A DNA stretch of 64,000 nucleotides from Acidimicrobiaceae bacterium (GCA_026708645.1 JAPOUM010000004.1:33760-97759), one strand, 5' to 3'. Shown: positions 28,562-38,526, numbered from the stretch's first letter. Made by a program: numbers and translations. The notes: a model not told the origin generated them from the sequence alone.

Positions 28562-29461
28562 CTAGATCGGCAGCAGAGGATCCCTGCTCGTGCTGCGCTT
28601 GGGCCTGCCGCGGACGACTATCAGGTAGAGCGACGCCGACACGATCAGCACGAGGCTCATCCAGATGTTGACTCGCAGTCCCCACAGCAGACTGGCCGTG
28701 TCTATGCGCAGAGCCTCGATCCAGAGCCGCCCCAGACCGTAGCCCAGCACATAGAACGCCAGAATCGATCCGGGCCTGTCCACACGACGCGGGTCGCCGA
28801 CGAGCCCCGCAGCCGCTAAGCGGCGTCGCCGTCGTCTGCGGTCGATCATCACCAGCACAACGCACAGCGCCAGATTCCACAGCGCCTCGTACAGGAAAGT
28901 CGGATGGAACGTCTCCGCGTCAGAGTAGCCGGTGTGGCGATGCGACTCTTCGATTTCCAGACCCCAAGGCAGATCCGTGGGCGAGCCGTAGAGCTCCTGG
29001 TTGAACCAGTTGCCCAGGCGCCCGACAGCCTGCGCCAGAGGCAGCGACGGCACTATCGCGGCGAGCGTCTCGCCGCGGTCCATGCCTTGGCGGCGCATCA
29101 TCCAGAGCCCCGCCAGGATGCCCGCCGCCATGCCGCCCGGAATTCCCAGGCCCCCCTCCCATATGGCCAGAGCCTCCAGCCAGCCGTCGTCAGCGAAGCG
29201 TCGCCAGTCGGTGATCACATGGTAGAGCCGGGCGCCGATCAATCCGGCGGGCACCGCCCACAGAGCGATCCGGCTGATCTGCTCGGGGTCGTTGCCTCGG
29301 GCCTGCCAGCGCCGCCGCGACATCCACACGGCGGCCACCACCCCCAGAGCGATCATCGCTCCGTAGGCGCGCAACTCCAGCGGACCCAACTCCAAAGAGT
29401 TGCGCGACGGGCTGGGTATCGAGATCAGCAGGCCGCTCGCGCCGACGCCCAGCGTGCTCAT
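28562..29461 (-). CDS. lgt: prolipoprotein diacylglyceryl transferase
   Basis: IWEGGLGIPGG, GRLGNWFNQELYG and HPTFLYE motifs. Confidence 0.9.
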   Translation of the reverse strand: MSTLGVGASGLLISIPSPSRNSLELGPLELRAYGAMIALGVVAAVWMSRRRWQARGNDPEQISRIALWAVPAGLIGARLYHVITDWRRFADDGWLEALAIWEGGLGIPGGMAAGILAGLWMMRRQGMDRGETLAAIVPSLPLAQAVGRLGNWFNQELYGSPTDLPWGLEIEESHRHTGYSDAETFHPTFLYEALWNLALCVVLVMIDRRRRRRRLAAAGLVGDPRRVDRPGSILAFYVLGYGLGRLWIEALRIDTASLLWGLRVNIWMSLVLIVSASLYLIVVRGRPKRSTSRDPLLPI

Positions 29462-29592
29462 GGCCGCCGCTCGGTGCTGTCGCCGCTCCGCAACAGGCGC
29501 CGGGCCGGAACTGTGTGGCGGATCACCGCCGAGCAGCTGGTCACGGCTGAGCCGGACTGTAGCTGAGCCGGACTCACTGATCTCCGCCTGCG

Positions 29593-31365
29593 CTACGCCA
29601 GTATGCGGCGGCCGGCGACGGCGAGGTCATCATCAGGCTCTGTGACCGCGGCCAGCAGACCCGGCACCGCGGCGAGCCGGTTGGCGGCGAAGAACCTGGC
29701 CAGAACTGCCCGGTCCTGCGCGGTTTCGGGATCACCGAGTCTGGTGGCTGCCACAGCCCCGTCGGCGAGAGCGGCGCCGCCGGTGGTGACGGCGAGCATC
29801 TTCAGGTAGGGGCCCGCGGCGGCCAGCCGCTGGGGCGGATCCTCCGCCAGCAGCCATTCGCCTGCTTCGGAGGTCGCCTGCCGGGCCGCCTCCAGACGGT
29901 CTCTCACCGGTTCCAGCCCGGCGACGCCTGCGAGGGACTCGACCGTGGTGGCGACGCCCGCCAGATGGTCGCGGACCGCCGCGCCGTCGCGCATCGTGAG
30001 CTTGCGCCCCACCAGGTCGGCGCCTTGAATTCCGTTGGTCCCCTCATAGATGGGCGCGATCCGGGCGTCGCGATAGTGCTGGGCCGAGCCGGTCTCCTCG
30101 ACGAAGCCCATCCCGCCGTGCACCTGCAAGCCGACGCTCACCAGCTCGCAGCCCAGATCAGTAGCCCAAGCCTTGGTCAACGGCGTCAGCAGCGCGGCCT
30201 GCTCGCCGGCGGTTTCACGCGCTGCCGGATCGGCGCCGTTGTGTGCCCGGTCGATCGCCTCGGCGTTGCGGTAGGCCAGACCGCGCATGGCGCTCACACC
30301 CGAGCGCATGTCCAGCAGCATCCGCCGCACGTCGGGATGCTCGATGATCGCAGCGCTCCCGCCTGCGGGCGTGCCCTCGGCTCTGCCCTGGCGACGCTCG
30401 CGGGCGTAGGCGAGGGCCTGCTGATAAGAGCGCTCCGCTATGGCCGGTCCTTGCAAGCCCACGCTCAAACGGGCGTGGTTCATCATGGTGAACATGGCCC
30501 TCATGCCGCCGTTCTCCTCGCCCACCAGGAAACCCACTGCGCCGTCTTCGTCGCCGTAGGCCATGACGCAGGTCGGGCTGGCGTGGATCCCGAGCTTGTG
30601 CTCTATCGACACGCAGCCCAAATCGTTGCGAGGCCCGAGCGAGCCGTCGTCGTCGATCAGATGCTTGGGCACCAGAAAGCAGCTGATGCCCCTGGTTCCG
30701 GGCGGCGCCTGCGGGGTGCGGGCCAGCACCAGATGCACGATGTTGTCGGCGAGGTCGTGCTCGCCGTAGGTGATGAATATCTTGGTGCCGAACAGACGGT
30801 AAGAGCCGTCGGGCTGCGGAACCGCCCGGGTGGCCACCGAGCCGAGATCCGAGCCCGCCTGAGGCTCGGTGAGGTTCATGGTGCCGGTCCAGGCGCCTGT
30901 GGCCATCGCCGGCAGGTAGCGGGCTTTCTGTTCGGCCGTGCCGTGGGCGTGCAACATGTTGATCGCGCCCTGGGTCAGCAAAGGACACAGCGACCAGGCC
31001 ATGCAAGCCGCAGTGAACATCTCCTCCACTGCTATGCCCACCAGGTTCGGGAAGCCGCCCCCGCCGTAGTCGGGATCGATCGACAATGCTCCCCAGCCTG
31101 CTGCGACATAGGCGTCGTATGCGGCCCGGAAGCCTTCCGGCGTCACGACCGAGCCGTCGGCGAGCCTGCGCGAGCCTTCGGTGTCGCCGACGCGGTTGAG
31201 CGGGGCGATCACCTCCTCAGCGAAGCGGGCGGCCTCCGCCAGAAGCTGGTCGACCACTTCGGGGTCGACGTGCTCGAACTCCTCCAGTTTGGCCAGTCCG
31301 TCCAGATCGGCGACATGGCGCAGATTGAAGGCGATCTCCGCGAGGTCTACTTTGTAATCGCTCAT
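29593..31365 (-). CDS. long-form acyl-CoA dehydrogenase (about 590 aa)
   Basis: ACAD core (TEPQAGSD, YEGTNGIQ) plus a C-terminal extension. Start set at ATG 31365 (MSDYKVDL), because the track ORF extends through the yihY-like gene. Confidence 0.85.
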   Translation of the reverse strand: MSDYKVDLAEIAFNLRHVADLDGLAKLEEFEHVDPEVVDQLLAEAARFAEEVIAPLNRVGDTEGSRRLADGSVVTPEGFRAAYDAYVAAGWGALSIDPDYGGGGFPNLVGIAVEEMFTAACMAWSLCPLLTQGAINMLHAHGTAEQKARYLPAMATGAWTGTMNLTEPQAGSDLGSVATRAVPQPDGSYRLFGTKIFITYGEHDLADNIVHLVLARTPQAPPGTRGISCFLVPKHLIDDDGSLGPRNDLGCVSIEHKLGIHASPTCVMAYGDEDGAVGFLVGEENGGMRAMFTMMNHARLSVGLQGPAIAERSYQQALAYARERRQGRAEGTPAGGSAAIIEHPDVRRMLLDMRSGVSAMRGLAYRNAEAIDRAHNGADPAARETAGEQAALLTPLTKAWATDLGCELVSVGLQVHGGMGFVEETGSAQHYRDARIAPIYEGTNGIQGADLVGRKLTMRDGAAVRDHLAGVATTVESLAGVAGLEPVRDRLEAARQATSEAGEWLLAEDPPQRLAAAGPYLKMLAVTTGGAALADGAVAATRLGDPETAQDRAVLARFFAANRLAAVPGLLAAVTEPDDDLAVAGRRILA

Positions 31366-31376
31366 CAGCCGTGAGA

Positions 31377-32354
31377 TTACCCGTGAACGCCGAGGTTCGT
31401 GAGAGTCTCGGCTTGTTCGGGCTCTTCGGGTTCTTGCGGCTCTTCGGGTTCTTGCGGCTCTTGCGGTTGGGCGGCTTCGCGGCGGTCGCTGAGCACTCTG
31501 TTGATCTCGGCGCCCACGAGCAGGCCCATCGACAGCAGATACAGCCAGACCAGCAGGATCAGCGCTCCGCCGAGCAGGCCGAACACCGCGTTCATGCCGC
31601 CGGCCGCGGCGTCGAGGTAGCCGCGGAAACCCAGCGAGACCGCCAGCCACCAGACGGTGCTGACCACCGCTCCCAACAGATCGGCGCGCCAAGGAGTGTG
31701 ACGCCGAGGCGCCAAGTGGTAGATGCAGGTCGCCCATGACACCACCACCACGAACACGACCGGCCACCGGAACCAGTCCCATGCCGTGCTCAGCGAAGCG
31801 CCGGCGCCGAAACGGTCCGCCAGCTCCTCTCCGACGCCCAGCAGCGGGCCCACCACCACCATCAGGGCGACCAGGGCCGACACCACCACGGTGAACAAAG
31901 TCAGCAGGACGCCCATGATCCGGGCGGAAAGCCAGTTTCTGCGAGTGTCGTGTCCGTAGGTCACGTCCAGCGCGCCCACCACAGCGGTGAAGCCCCGTGA
32001 CGACGCGAAGGCGGTGAGTGCGATGCCGACGGTGATGAGCCCGGCGTTGGAACGCTCGAAGAGGTCCTCAACCGTGGCTCGCAGCGTGTTGTCGCTGCCG
32101 AAGATCTCCGTCATCCGGTCCAAGAGCCACTGCTCGGTGTCGGTTGCGGCGTCAGCACCGATCAACACGTCGAGAGAGCCCAGAGCCGCCGCGAACACGA
32201 TCACAGCCGGAAACAGCCCGAGCAGCCCGAAGAAGGCGATCTCGGCCGACAGTCCGCCGATGCGGGCTCGCGACCACCCTTCACGGAACTCGCCCACCAG
32301 CCGCAGCGTCTCACGCCCAGCAGCGCGAATCGAATGCAGCGAGAGGCGCGCCAT
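31377..32354 (-). CDS. YihY/BrkB family membrane protein
   Basis: Six-TM-like profile with an FFGLLGLFP-type N-terminal segment. C-terminal QPQEPQEPEEPQEPEEPEQ tail encoded by 18-bp repeats. Confidence 0.8.
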   Translation of the reverse strand: MARLSLHSIRAAGRETLRLVGEFREGWSRARIGGLSAEIAFFGLLGLFPAVIVFAAALGSLDVLIGADAATDTEQWLLDRMTEIFGSDNTLRATVEDLFERSNAGLITVGIALTAFASSRGFTAVVGALDVTYGHDTRRNWLSARIMGVLLTLFTVVVSALVALMVVVGPLLGVGEELADRFGAGASLSTAWDWFRWPVVFVVVVSWATCIYHLAPRRHTPWRADLLGAVVSTVWWLAVSLGFRGYLDAAAGGMNAVFGLLGGALILLVWLYLLSMGLLVGAEINRVLSDRREAAQPQEPQEPEEPQEPEEPEQAETLTNLGVHG

Positions 32355-32546
32355 GCCCGTCCGATGCTACGCCTCTACGAGAAGCGCAGCACCGCGAGCG
32401 CTCCACGCACTCCGCTCAGGCTGCGGCCTCGCCGGCGTGCGAGCACGGCCGGCTCTCGTCCGCTCGGCCCCTGTTAAGGCGCTCGGTCGGCTAGCCTCGC
32501 ACTCACATCCGAGCTCGCATCGAGTTCGCCCAGAAGAGAGGTAATC

Positions 32547-33641
32547 ATGCGCTTCAAGAATTCGACACGGCTCATCGCTGCCGCAGCTGTCTTGGCACTG
32601 CTCGGCGCAGCATGCGGCGGCGACGACGATGATCCCGGCGACGTCACGGCCGCGTTCGTGCTGGTGGGGCCGGTCGGCGACGCCGGGTGGAACTGGGCGC
32701 ACGATCAGGGCCGTCAGTACGCCGAGGACGAGACCGGGGCCACGACGCTGTTCGTCGAGAGCGTCCCCGAGAACGCAGAAGACTTCAAGGCGGTGGCCAT
32801 CGACTACATCGAGAACGAGGACGCCGACGTCATCTTCGGAACCTCTTTCGGTTATATGGATCCGATGCTCGAGCTCGCTGAGGAGTACCCCGACGTCGTG
32901 TTCGAGCACGCCTCCGGCTACAAGATGAACGACTCCAACTTCGGCAACTACTTCGGGCGCATGTACCAGCCGCGCTACCTGTCGGGCATGGCCGCGGGCG
33001 CCATGACCGAGACCGGTCGCCTGGGATACGTGGCCGCTTTCCCGATCCCCGAGGTGATTCGTGGGATCAACGCCTTCACCCTCGGCGTGCGCGAGGTCAA
33101 CCCGACGGCCGAAGTCCATGTCGTGTGGACCTCCACCTGGTTCGACCCGGCGGTGGAAGGCGACTCGGCCAAAGCTCTGCTCGAATCCGGCGCCGACGTG
33201 ATCGCCATGCATCAAGACTCGACAGCCGCGGGCGTGGAGGCGCAGAATGCGGGCGCTCGCTGGGTCGCCTACAACTCCGACATGCGCGAGTTCGCGCCTG
33301 ACGCTTTCATCACTGCTCCGGTGTGGAACTGGGGCCCGCGTTACGCCGCCACGATCGAGGCGGTCGCGGACGACAGCTACACGCCAGGCTCGTACTGGGG
33401 CGGCATGGCCGACGGCATCGTCGATCTGGCGCCGCTCGCCGATGACGTGCCGTCCGGCATCGCTGACCGGATCAACGAGGTGTCCGAGCAGATCCGCGAA
33501 GGCGAATGGGACGTGTTCACCGGCGAGATACGCGGCCAAGACGGCGCCGTGCGAGTCGCCGAGGGAGCGACCATGACCGACGGCGACATGCTGGGCATGG
33601 ACTGGTTCGTCGAAGGCGTCGTAGGCGACCCCGGGGCCTGA
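32547..33641 (+). CDS. BMP-family ABC substrate-binding lipoprotein (second operon)
   Basis: Lipobox LLGAAC followed by GGDDDD. Bmp-type body. Heads an SBP-ATPase-permease-permease operon paralogous to 22110-27596. Confidence 0.85.
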   Translation: MRFKNSTRLIAAAAVLALLGAACGGDDDDPGDVTAAFVLVGPVGDAGWNWAHDQGRQYAEDETGATTLFVESVPENAEDFKAVAIDYIENEDADVIFGTSFGYMDPMLELAEEYPDVVFEHASGYKMNDSNFGNYFGRMYQPRYLSGMAAGAMTETGRLGYVAAFPIPEVIRGINAFTLGVREVNPTAEVHVVWTSTWFDPAVEGDSAKALLESGADVIAMHQDSTAAGVEAQNAGARWVAYNSDMREFAPDAFITAPVWNWGPRYAATIEAVADDSYTPGSYWGGMADGIVDLAPLADDVPSGIADRINEVSEQIREGEWDVFTGEIRGQDGAVRVAEGATMTDGDMLGMDWFVEGVVGDPGA

Positions 33642-33790
33642 TCGCGACTGATCCGCCGATCTGACGACTGATCGATCCGGGAGACGCGCGGGCCGATGAA
33701 AGTCGGTCGCGTCGCTGCTGTGTCATCGCCGCCGGAGTTCGCTGCTCTCACGGGAGGCTCGGGCCACGGCCGCGCCACGAACGGACGCTG

Positions 33791-35317
33791 TTGGATCGCC
33801 GATCCGCTCGGCCTCTGAAGACGTTGCTCGCTGTCGACCTTCGGGGAATCCGCAAGGAGTTCCCGGGGGTCGTGGCGTGCGACGGCGCCAGTCTGTCGGT
33901 GCGGGCAGGCACCATCCACGCGCTGCTCGGAGAGAACGGGGCAGGCAAAACCTCGCTCGTGAACGTGCTCGGCGGCGTCTACCTGCCCGACGCCGGCGAG
34001 ATCCGGGTTCACGGCGCTCAGCGGCAATTCCACTCGCCCGCGGACGCGATCGCCGCCGGCATCGGCATGGTCCATCAAGAGTTCCGTCTGGTGCCCACCC
34101 TGACGGTGGCCGAGAACATCGCTCTCGGCTCGGCGCCGCGCTACCTGAACATGGCCCGGATCAACGAGCGGGTGTCGCGCCTGGCGTCCGCCTACTCGCT
34201 CGACGCCGACCCCACCCGGCCTGTGTGGCAGCTCTCCGTCGGCGAGCGACAGCGGGTGGAGATACTCAAGGCGCTGTGGCGCGACGCCGACGTTCTGGTG
34301 CTCGACGAGCCGACGGCGGTGCTCACGCCCACCGAAGCCGACGACTTGGCTCTGGCTCTGCGCGCCATGGCCGACCGCGGGCGGTCGGTGGTCTACATCA
34401 GCCACAAGCTCGACGAAGTCCTGTCCGTGTGCGACGAGGCGACCGTGCTGCGCGGCGGGGTCACTGTCGCGCAGCAACTCAGCCTGACCGGAGTCGAGCG
34501 ATCAGACCTGGCTCAGATGATGGTCGGCGAGGCGGCAGCCGAGACGCCGCGTCCGCCGGAGCAGGATTCCGGCGAAGTAGTCCTGGCACTGGAATCCGTC
34601 TCAGCGCTGAGCGATCGGGGCCTGCCTGCTCTGAGGTCGGTCGACCTTGATGTGCGTTCCGGTGAGATCGTGGGTGTCGCCGGGGTCTCCGGCAACGGCC
34701 AGAGGGAACTGGCAGAGGTCGTCGCGGGGCTGCGCCCGCTGACTTCGGGAACGGTGCGCCTGCTGGGTGACGACGTCGCCGGCTCGTCACCGAAGGCGCG
34801 CTCCCGCAGCGGGCTGGGCTATGTGCCCGAAGACCGTCTCGGCGTCGGCCTCGCCCCCCGCATGTCCGTCGTCGACAACTCAGTCATGCGCTCCTACCCC
34901 GCCATGCGCCGCGGCGTCATGCTGGACCTGAGACGCTGCGAGGATTTCTGCAAGCAGCTCGTCGACCGCTTCGGAGTGCGGGTGGGGCGCATGCACGACC
35001 ACGCCAGCGCGCTCTCCGGCGGCAACCTCCAGCGGCTGCTGCTGGGACGCGAACTCTCCGGCGAGCCGAGAATCCTGGTCGCGGCCCAACCCACGAGGGG
35101 TCTCGACGTGGCCGGCATCTCCGCCATTCAAGAACAGATCGTGGCGCAGCGCAATGCCGGTGTGGGCGTGCTGCTCGTGTCTGAGGATCTCGACGAACTG
35201 CTGGCTCTGTCCGATCGGCTGGTCGTGATGTACGAGGGTCGCATCGCGGCCCGACTCGACCCCAGAACCGCGACACGGGCCGAGGTGGGCGCGAAGATGG
35301 CCGGCAGCGGCGCATGA
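33791..35317 (+). CDS. ABC transporter ATP-binding protein, duplicated ATPase
   Basis: GENGAGKTS, VLDEPT, second cassette SGGNLQR. Confidence 0.9.
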   Translation: MDRRSARPLKTLLAVDLRGIRKEFPGVVACDGASLSVRAGTIHALLGENGAGKTSLVNVLGGVYLPDAGEIRVHGAQRQFHSPADAIAAGIGMVHQEFRLVPTLTVAENIALGSAPRYLNMARINERVSRLASAYSLDADPTRPVWQLSVGERQRVEILKALWRDADVLVLDEPTAVLTPTEADDLALALRAMADRGRSVVYISHKLDEVLSVCDEATVLRGGVTVAQQLSLTGVERSDLAQMMVGEAAAETPRPPEQDSGEVVLALESVSALSDRGLPALRSVDLDVRSGEIVGVAGVSGNGQRELAEVVAGLRPLTSGTVRLLGDDVAGSSPKARSRSGLGYVPEDRLGVGLAPRMSVVDNSVMRSYPAMRRGVMLDLRRCEDFCKQLVDRFGVRVGRMHDHASALSGGNLQRLLLGRELSGEPRILVAAQPTRGLDVAGISAIQEQIVAQRNAGVGVLLVSEDLDELLALSDRLVVMYEGRIAARLDPRTATRAEVGAKMAGSGA

Positions 35318-37017
35318 CCGAACCGACGAGCGCGACTCTGCACACCGTGTCACGCGGGCGCCCTCACTGGCATCGCGGCCTGACCCGACCCGTGCTGCAG
35401 AGACGCTCCGACGTGATTCCGGCGGTCCAAGCCTGCGCTTTCGTGATCGGCATCGCTGTCGCCTTGATAGCCGGAGCGCTGCTTCTGCTGACCGCTGGAC
35501 ACGACCCGGCCGAGGTCTACGGCCGAATGCTCGAATCGTCGCTGGGCGGCACGGATTCGATCTCGCGGACGCTGCTGCGAGCGACGCCTCTCGCTTTGTC
35601 GGGGCTGGCAGTGGCCGTCGCCGGCTCGATGGGCTTGTGGAACATCGGCGCCGAAGGCCAGATAATGGCAGGCGCCACGGTCGCTGCGGGCCTGGCGATG
35701 ACAGCGGGCGACCTGCCGGGACCGGTGCTCATCGTGGCGATGATCGCCGCCGGCGCAGTGGGCGGCACGGTGCTCATGGCGGTTCCGGCACTGGCCCGCG
35801 CCTACCTGGGCGTCAGCGAGATCATCACTACTCTGATGCTCGTCGAGGTTGCGATCCGCGTGGTGGAATGGCTCGAGACGGGACCGTGGAAAGACCCCGA
35901 CTCGCAGGGTTTCGCACTGATCGAGCCACTGCCCGAGCAGGCTGCGCTGCCGGGCCTGTTCGGCCGCTCGCACATCGGAGTCATCATCGCGGCAGCGCTG
36001 CTGGTGGTTTTCTGGCTCACCTTGTCACGAACTGCGTGGGGCTACGAACTGAGGCTGGCCGGATCGTCTCCAGCGACAGCGCGCTACGCGGGCATCTCAC
36101 TGCAACGCAAAGTGCTGATCGCGCTGGTGCTGTCGGGCGCGCTGGCGGGCCTGGCGGGGGCAGTCGAATTGACGGGGACAGCCACCCGTCTCGATCCAGG
36201 CCTGTCCAACGGATACGGCTTCGCCGGAATCATCGTGGCGGCATTAGCGCTGATGCGGCCCTCCGGCGTGGCGGCGGTGGCTTTCGTGTTCGGCGCGGTG
36301 CAGGTGGGCGGACAGTCCATTCAGACGCTCGGGGTGACGAGCTCGATCTCCACGATCCTGCAGGCCATGATCCTCGTCGGGGCGCTGGTCGCTTCCGTGC
36401 TGCTCAACTACCGAATCCGCTGGGTTCGTCCCGTAGGCCATGACACAGCAGACAGCGACAAAGCAAGCAACGGCACAGCAAGCGACGGCGCAGCGGGCGA
36501 CGGCACCGCCGCACCCATTCTGTCCACCGGTCAACCAGCATCCGGTAACACAGCAAGCAGCGGCACCGCAAGCGACGGCACCGCCGCACCCATTCTGTCC
36601 ACCGGTCAACCAGCATCCGGTAACACAGCAAGCAGCGGCACCGCAAGCGACGGCACCGCCGCACCCATTCTGTCCACCGGTCAACCAGCATCCGGTAACA
36701 CAGCAAGCAGCGGCACCGCAAGCGACGGCACCGCCGCACCCATTCTGTCCACCGGTCAGCCAGCATCCGGTAACACAGCAAGCAGTGACACCGCAAGCGA
36801 CGGCACCGCGGGTGACAGCACTGCAGCGGCGACATCTCCGTCGGATGCGGCGGCGGCTAGTGACGCCGCGTCGCAGGCTGAGGACGAGGACGGTGGCGAG
36901 AGCGAGACTGAAGCCGGGGACGGGGGCGAAGCTGAGAGCGAGGCCGGGGACGAGGACGAGAGCGAAGACGGGGGCGATTCCGCAGGCACCCCAACGAACC
37001 CGGGTGTCGTCGAATGA
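35314..37017 (+). CDS. ABC transporter permease with a roughly 190-aa repetitive, acidic C-terminal tail
   Basis: Permease core with NIGAEGQ. The tail has 4 copies of a 25-aa unit (TAAPILSTGQPASGNTASSGTASDG), then an Asp/Glu/Gly-rich end. Confidence 0.85.
   Translation: MTEPTSATLHTVSRGRPHWHRGLTRPVLQRRSDVIPAVQACAFVIGIAVALIAGALLLLTAGHDPAEVYGRMLESSLGGTDSISRTLLRATPLALSGLAVAVAGSMGLWNIGAEGQIMAGATVAAGLAMTAGDLPGPVLIVAMIAAGAVGGTVLMAVPALARAYLGVSEIITTLMLVEVAIRVVEWLETGPWKDPDSQGFALIEPLPEQAALPGLFGRSHIGVIIAAALLVVFWLTLSRTAWGYELRLAGSSPATARYAGISLQRKVLIALVLSGALAGLAGAVELTGTATRLDPGLSNGYGFAGIIVAALALMRPSGVAAVAFVFGAVQVGGQSIQTLGVTSSISTILQAMILVGALVASVLLNYRIRWVRPVGHDTADSDKASNGTASDGAAGDGTAAPILSTGQPASGNTASSGTASDGTAAPILSTGQPASGNTASSGTASDGTAAPILSTGQPASGNTASSGTASDGTAAPILSTGQPASGNTASSDTASDGTAGDSTAAATSPSDAAAASDAASQAEDEDGGESETEAGDGGEAESEAGDEDESEDGGDSAGTPTNPGVVE
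36499..36798 (+). repeat. 75-bp in-frame tandem repeat, 4 full copies (copies 1-3 identical)
   Basis: Unit starts at 36499, 36574, 36649 and 36724. Partial related copies lie on both flanks (about 36460-36815). Confidence 0.95.
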
Positions 37018-37970
37018 CTGAAACGGCGGTCATCGGCCTGCTCGTGGCGACCGTGCAGTTCGCCACGCTGATCTATTTGGCGGCGCTGGGCGAGCTCATC
37101 GTGGAACGCTCAGGCGTGCTGAACCTCGGAGTGGAGGGCATGATGGCCATGGGGGCCGTCTCGGGCTTCATCATGGCGCTGGCCACTGACAGCCCGTGGA
37201 TCGGATTCGCTTTCGCGGCTCTCGTCGGCATGGCTGTCGCGGGCATTCACGCAGTGGTGAGCGTCGTGATGGGCGCCGGTCAGGTGGTGTCCGGCCTGGC
37301 TGTCACGATCGGAGGTCTGGGACTCGCCGCCTTCATCGGCCAGGACGCCGTGCGCGAGCGCGCCGACGCCGTGTTCACTGACATGAGCATCGCACCCCTT
37401 GCCGACATTGCTTGGATCGGTCCGATCCTGTTCGATCAGCCGCCGGTCGTCTACCTGGCTGTGGTCTTGGGCGGCGCAGTCTGGTTCGTCTTGAATCGCA
37501 CCCGCCTGGGGCTCGCCTTGCGTGCGGTCGGAGAATCAGCGTCGACGACGGACTCGGTCGGCCATTCGGTGACGCTCCTGCGCTCAGGCGCCGTGCTGGT
37601 CGGCGGCGCTTTCGCGGGGGCCGCCGGTTCCTTCTTGTCGCTCTACATGGCCGCAGGCTGGACCGAGGGCCTCATCGCCGGCCGCGGCTGGATAGCTGTG
37701 GCACTGGTCATCTTCGGAGCGTGGCGACCCGGGCGACTGGCCGCCGGTTCGCTGCTTTTCGGTTTCACGCTGGCTTTGCAGCCCAGAGTCCAGACCTTCG
37801 ACCTGGAAATCCTCGGGCTGCAGGTGAACACGATCTCGCCTGCGCTGCTCGGCATTCTGCCGTTCTTGCTGACCGTCGTCGTGCTCATCGCCATCAGTTT
37901 CCGCGCGAGGCATCGACCCAACCCCGCACCGGCAGCACTGACGATCCCCTACCGCCGCGAAGAACGCTGA
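37014..37970 (+). CDS. ABC transporter permease (second subunit)
   Basis: NLGVEGM motif, multi-pass. 4-nt overlap with the upstream permease. Confidence 0.85.
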   Translation: MTETAVIGLLVATVQFATLIYLAALGELIVERSGVLNLGVEGMMAMGAVSGFIMALATDSPWIGFAFAALVGMAVAGIHAVVSVVMGAGQVVSGLAVTIGGLGLAAFIGQDAVRERADAVFTDMSIAPLADIAWIGPILFDQPPVVYLAVVLGGAVWFVLNRTRLGLALRAVGESASTTDSVGHSVTLLRSGAVLVGGAFAGAAGSFLSLYMAAGWTEGLIAGRGWIAVALVIFGAWRPGRLAAGSLLFGFTLALQPRVQTFDLEILGLQVNTISPALLGILPFLLTVVVLIAISFRARHRPNPAPAALTIPYRREER

Positions 37971-38062
37971 CGAACCACCACCCCGCGCCGTCGTCACTGA
38001 CCCACACATGAGTATCAGTCACGCCGGCCGCGAAGAACGCTGACGAACCACCACCCCGCGCC
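37955..38062 (+). repeat. 35-bp direct repeat x2, 73-bp period, first copy spans the permease stop codon
   Basis: ccgcgaagaacgctgacgaaccaccaccccgcgcc occurs at 37955-37989 and 38028-38062. Confidence 0.95.
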
Positions 38063-38280
38063 TCGAGCGGCACCCCAACCGAAAGCCTGCACTCACCGGA
38101 ACGCCGCCAACAACACCGACAGACTGCGGCTGCGGCTCTAAACCTGACGACGAACACGACAAGCACAAGACCTTCGACCGCCAGACCGCTAGAACGCCGA
38201 CGAACCACGACGCCGCTCGCCCATGGACACAGACCCGACGCTCGCGGCGTGACGCTCGAAACGCTTGATCAGTCGCGACC

Positions 38281-38395
38281 ATGCGACACCGCGGAAGAGA
38301 TTCGGCCGTCAACCTGTGGATGAACCCCGGACAATGCCTCAATACCGTCTACCACACTGGCACCGCGGAGGAGACTCGGCCGTCGACCTGTGGAT
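38281..38395 (+). repeat. roughly 41-bp direct repeat x2, 74-bp period, containing cctgtggatgaacc
   Basis: cgcggaagagattcggccgtcaacctgtggatgaaccccgg versus cgcggaggagactcggccgtcgacctgtggatgaacctcgg. Confidence 0.9.
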
Positions 38396-38450
38396 GAACC
38401 TCGGGATTGCTGTGAACAACCCTGTGCAAATAACCACAGATTCCGCTTGA

Positions 38451-38510
38451 GCCTGTAGAGAACTCCGCGACACAGAACTCTGCGACGAGAACTCCGCTAC
38501 AGGGAACTCT
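38451..38510 (+). repeat. 14-16 bp tandem repeat x4 (gaactcYgcgacaNN) ending 16 bp before the next start codon
   Basis: Units at 38451, 38466, 38480 and 38495. Confidence 0.9.
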
Positions 38511-38526
38511 GCGGCGCTACTGTCAC

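Noticed and set aside
27672-28880. 402-aa minus-strand ORF spanning the PhyH gene and lgt
   Set aside because: It overlaps two well-supported genes on different strands. It has no motifs and an Arg/Gly/Ala-rich composition.
32367-33539. 390-aa minus-strand ORF
   Set aside because: It is antisense to the BMP lipoprotein gene, which has a lipobox and family motifs.
38300-38430. tgtggatgaac / aaccacag motifs (and atccac motifs at 19975-20000) as DnaA boxes marking an origin
   Set aside because: There is no dnaA/dnaN context and no AT-rich unwinding element. The matches to TTATCCACA/TTGTCCACA are imperfect. I treat them only as possible regulator sites.
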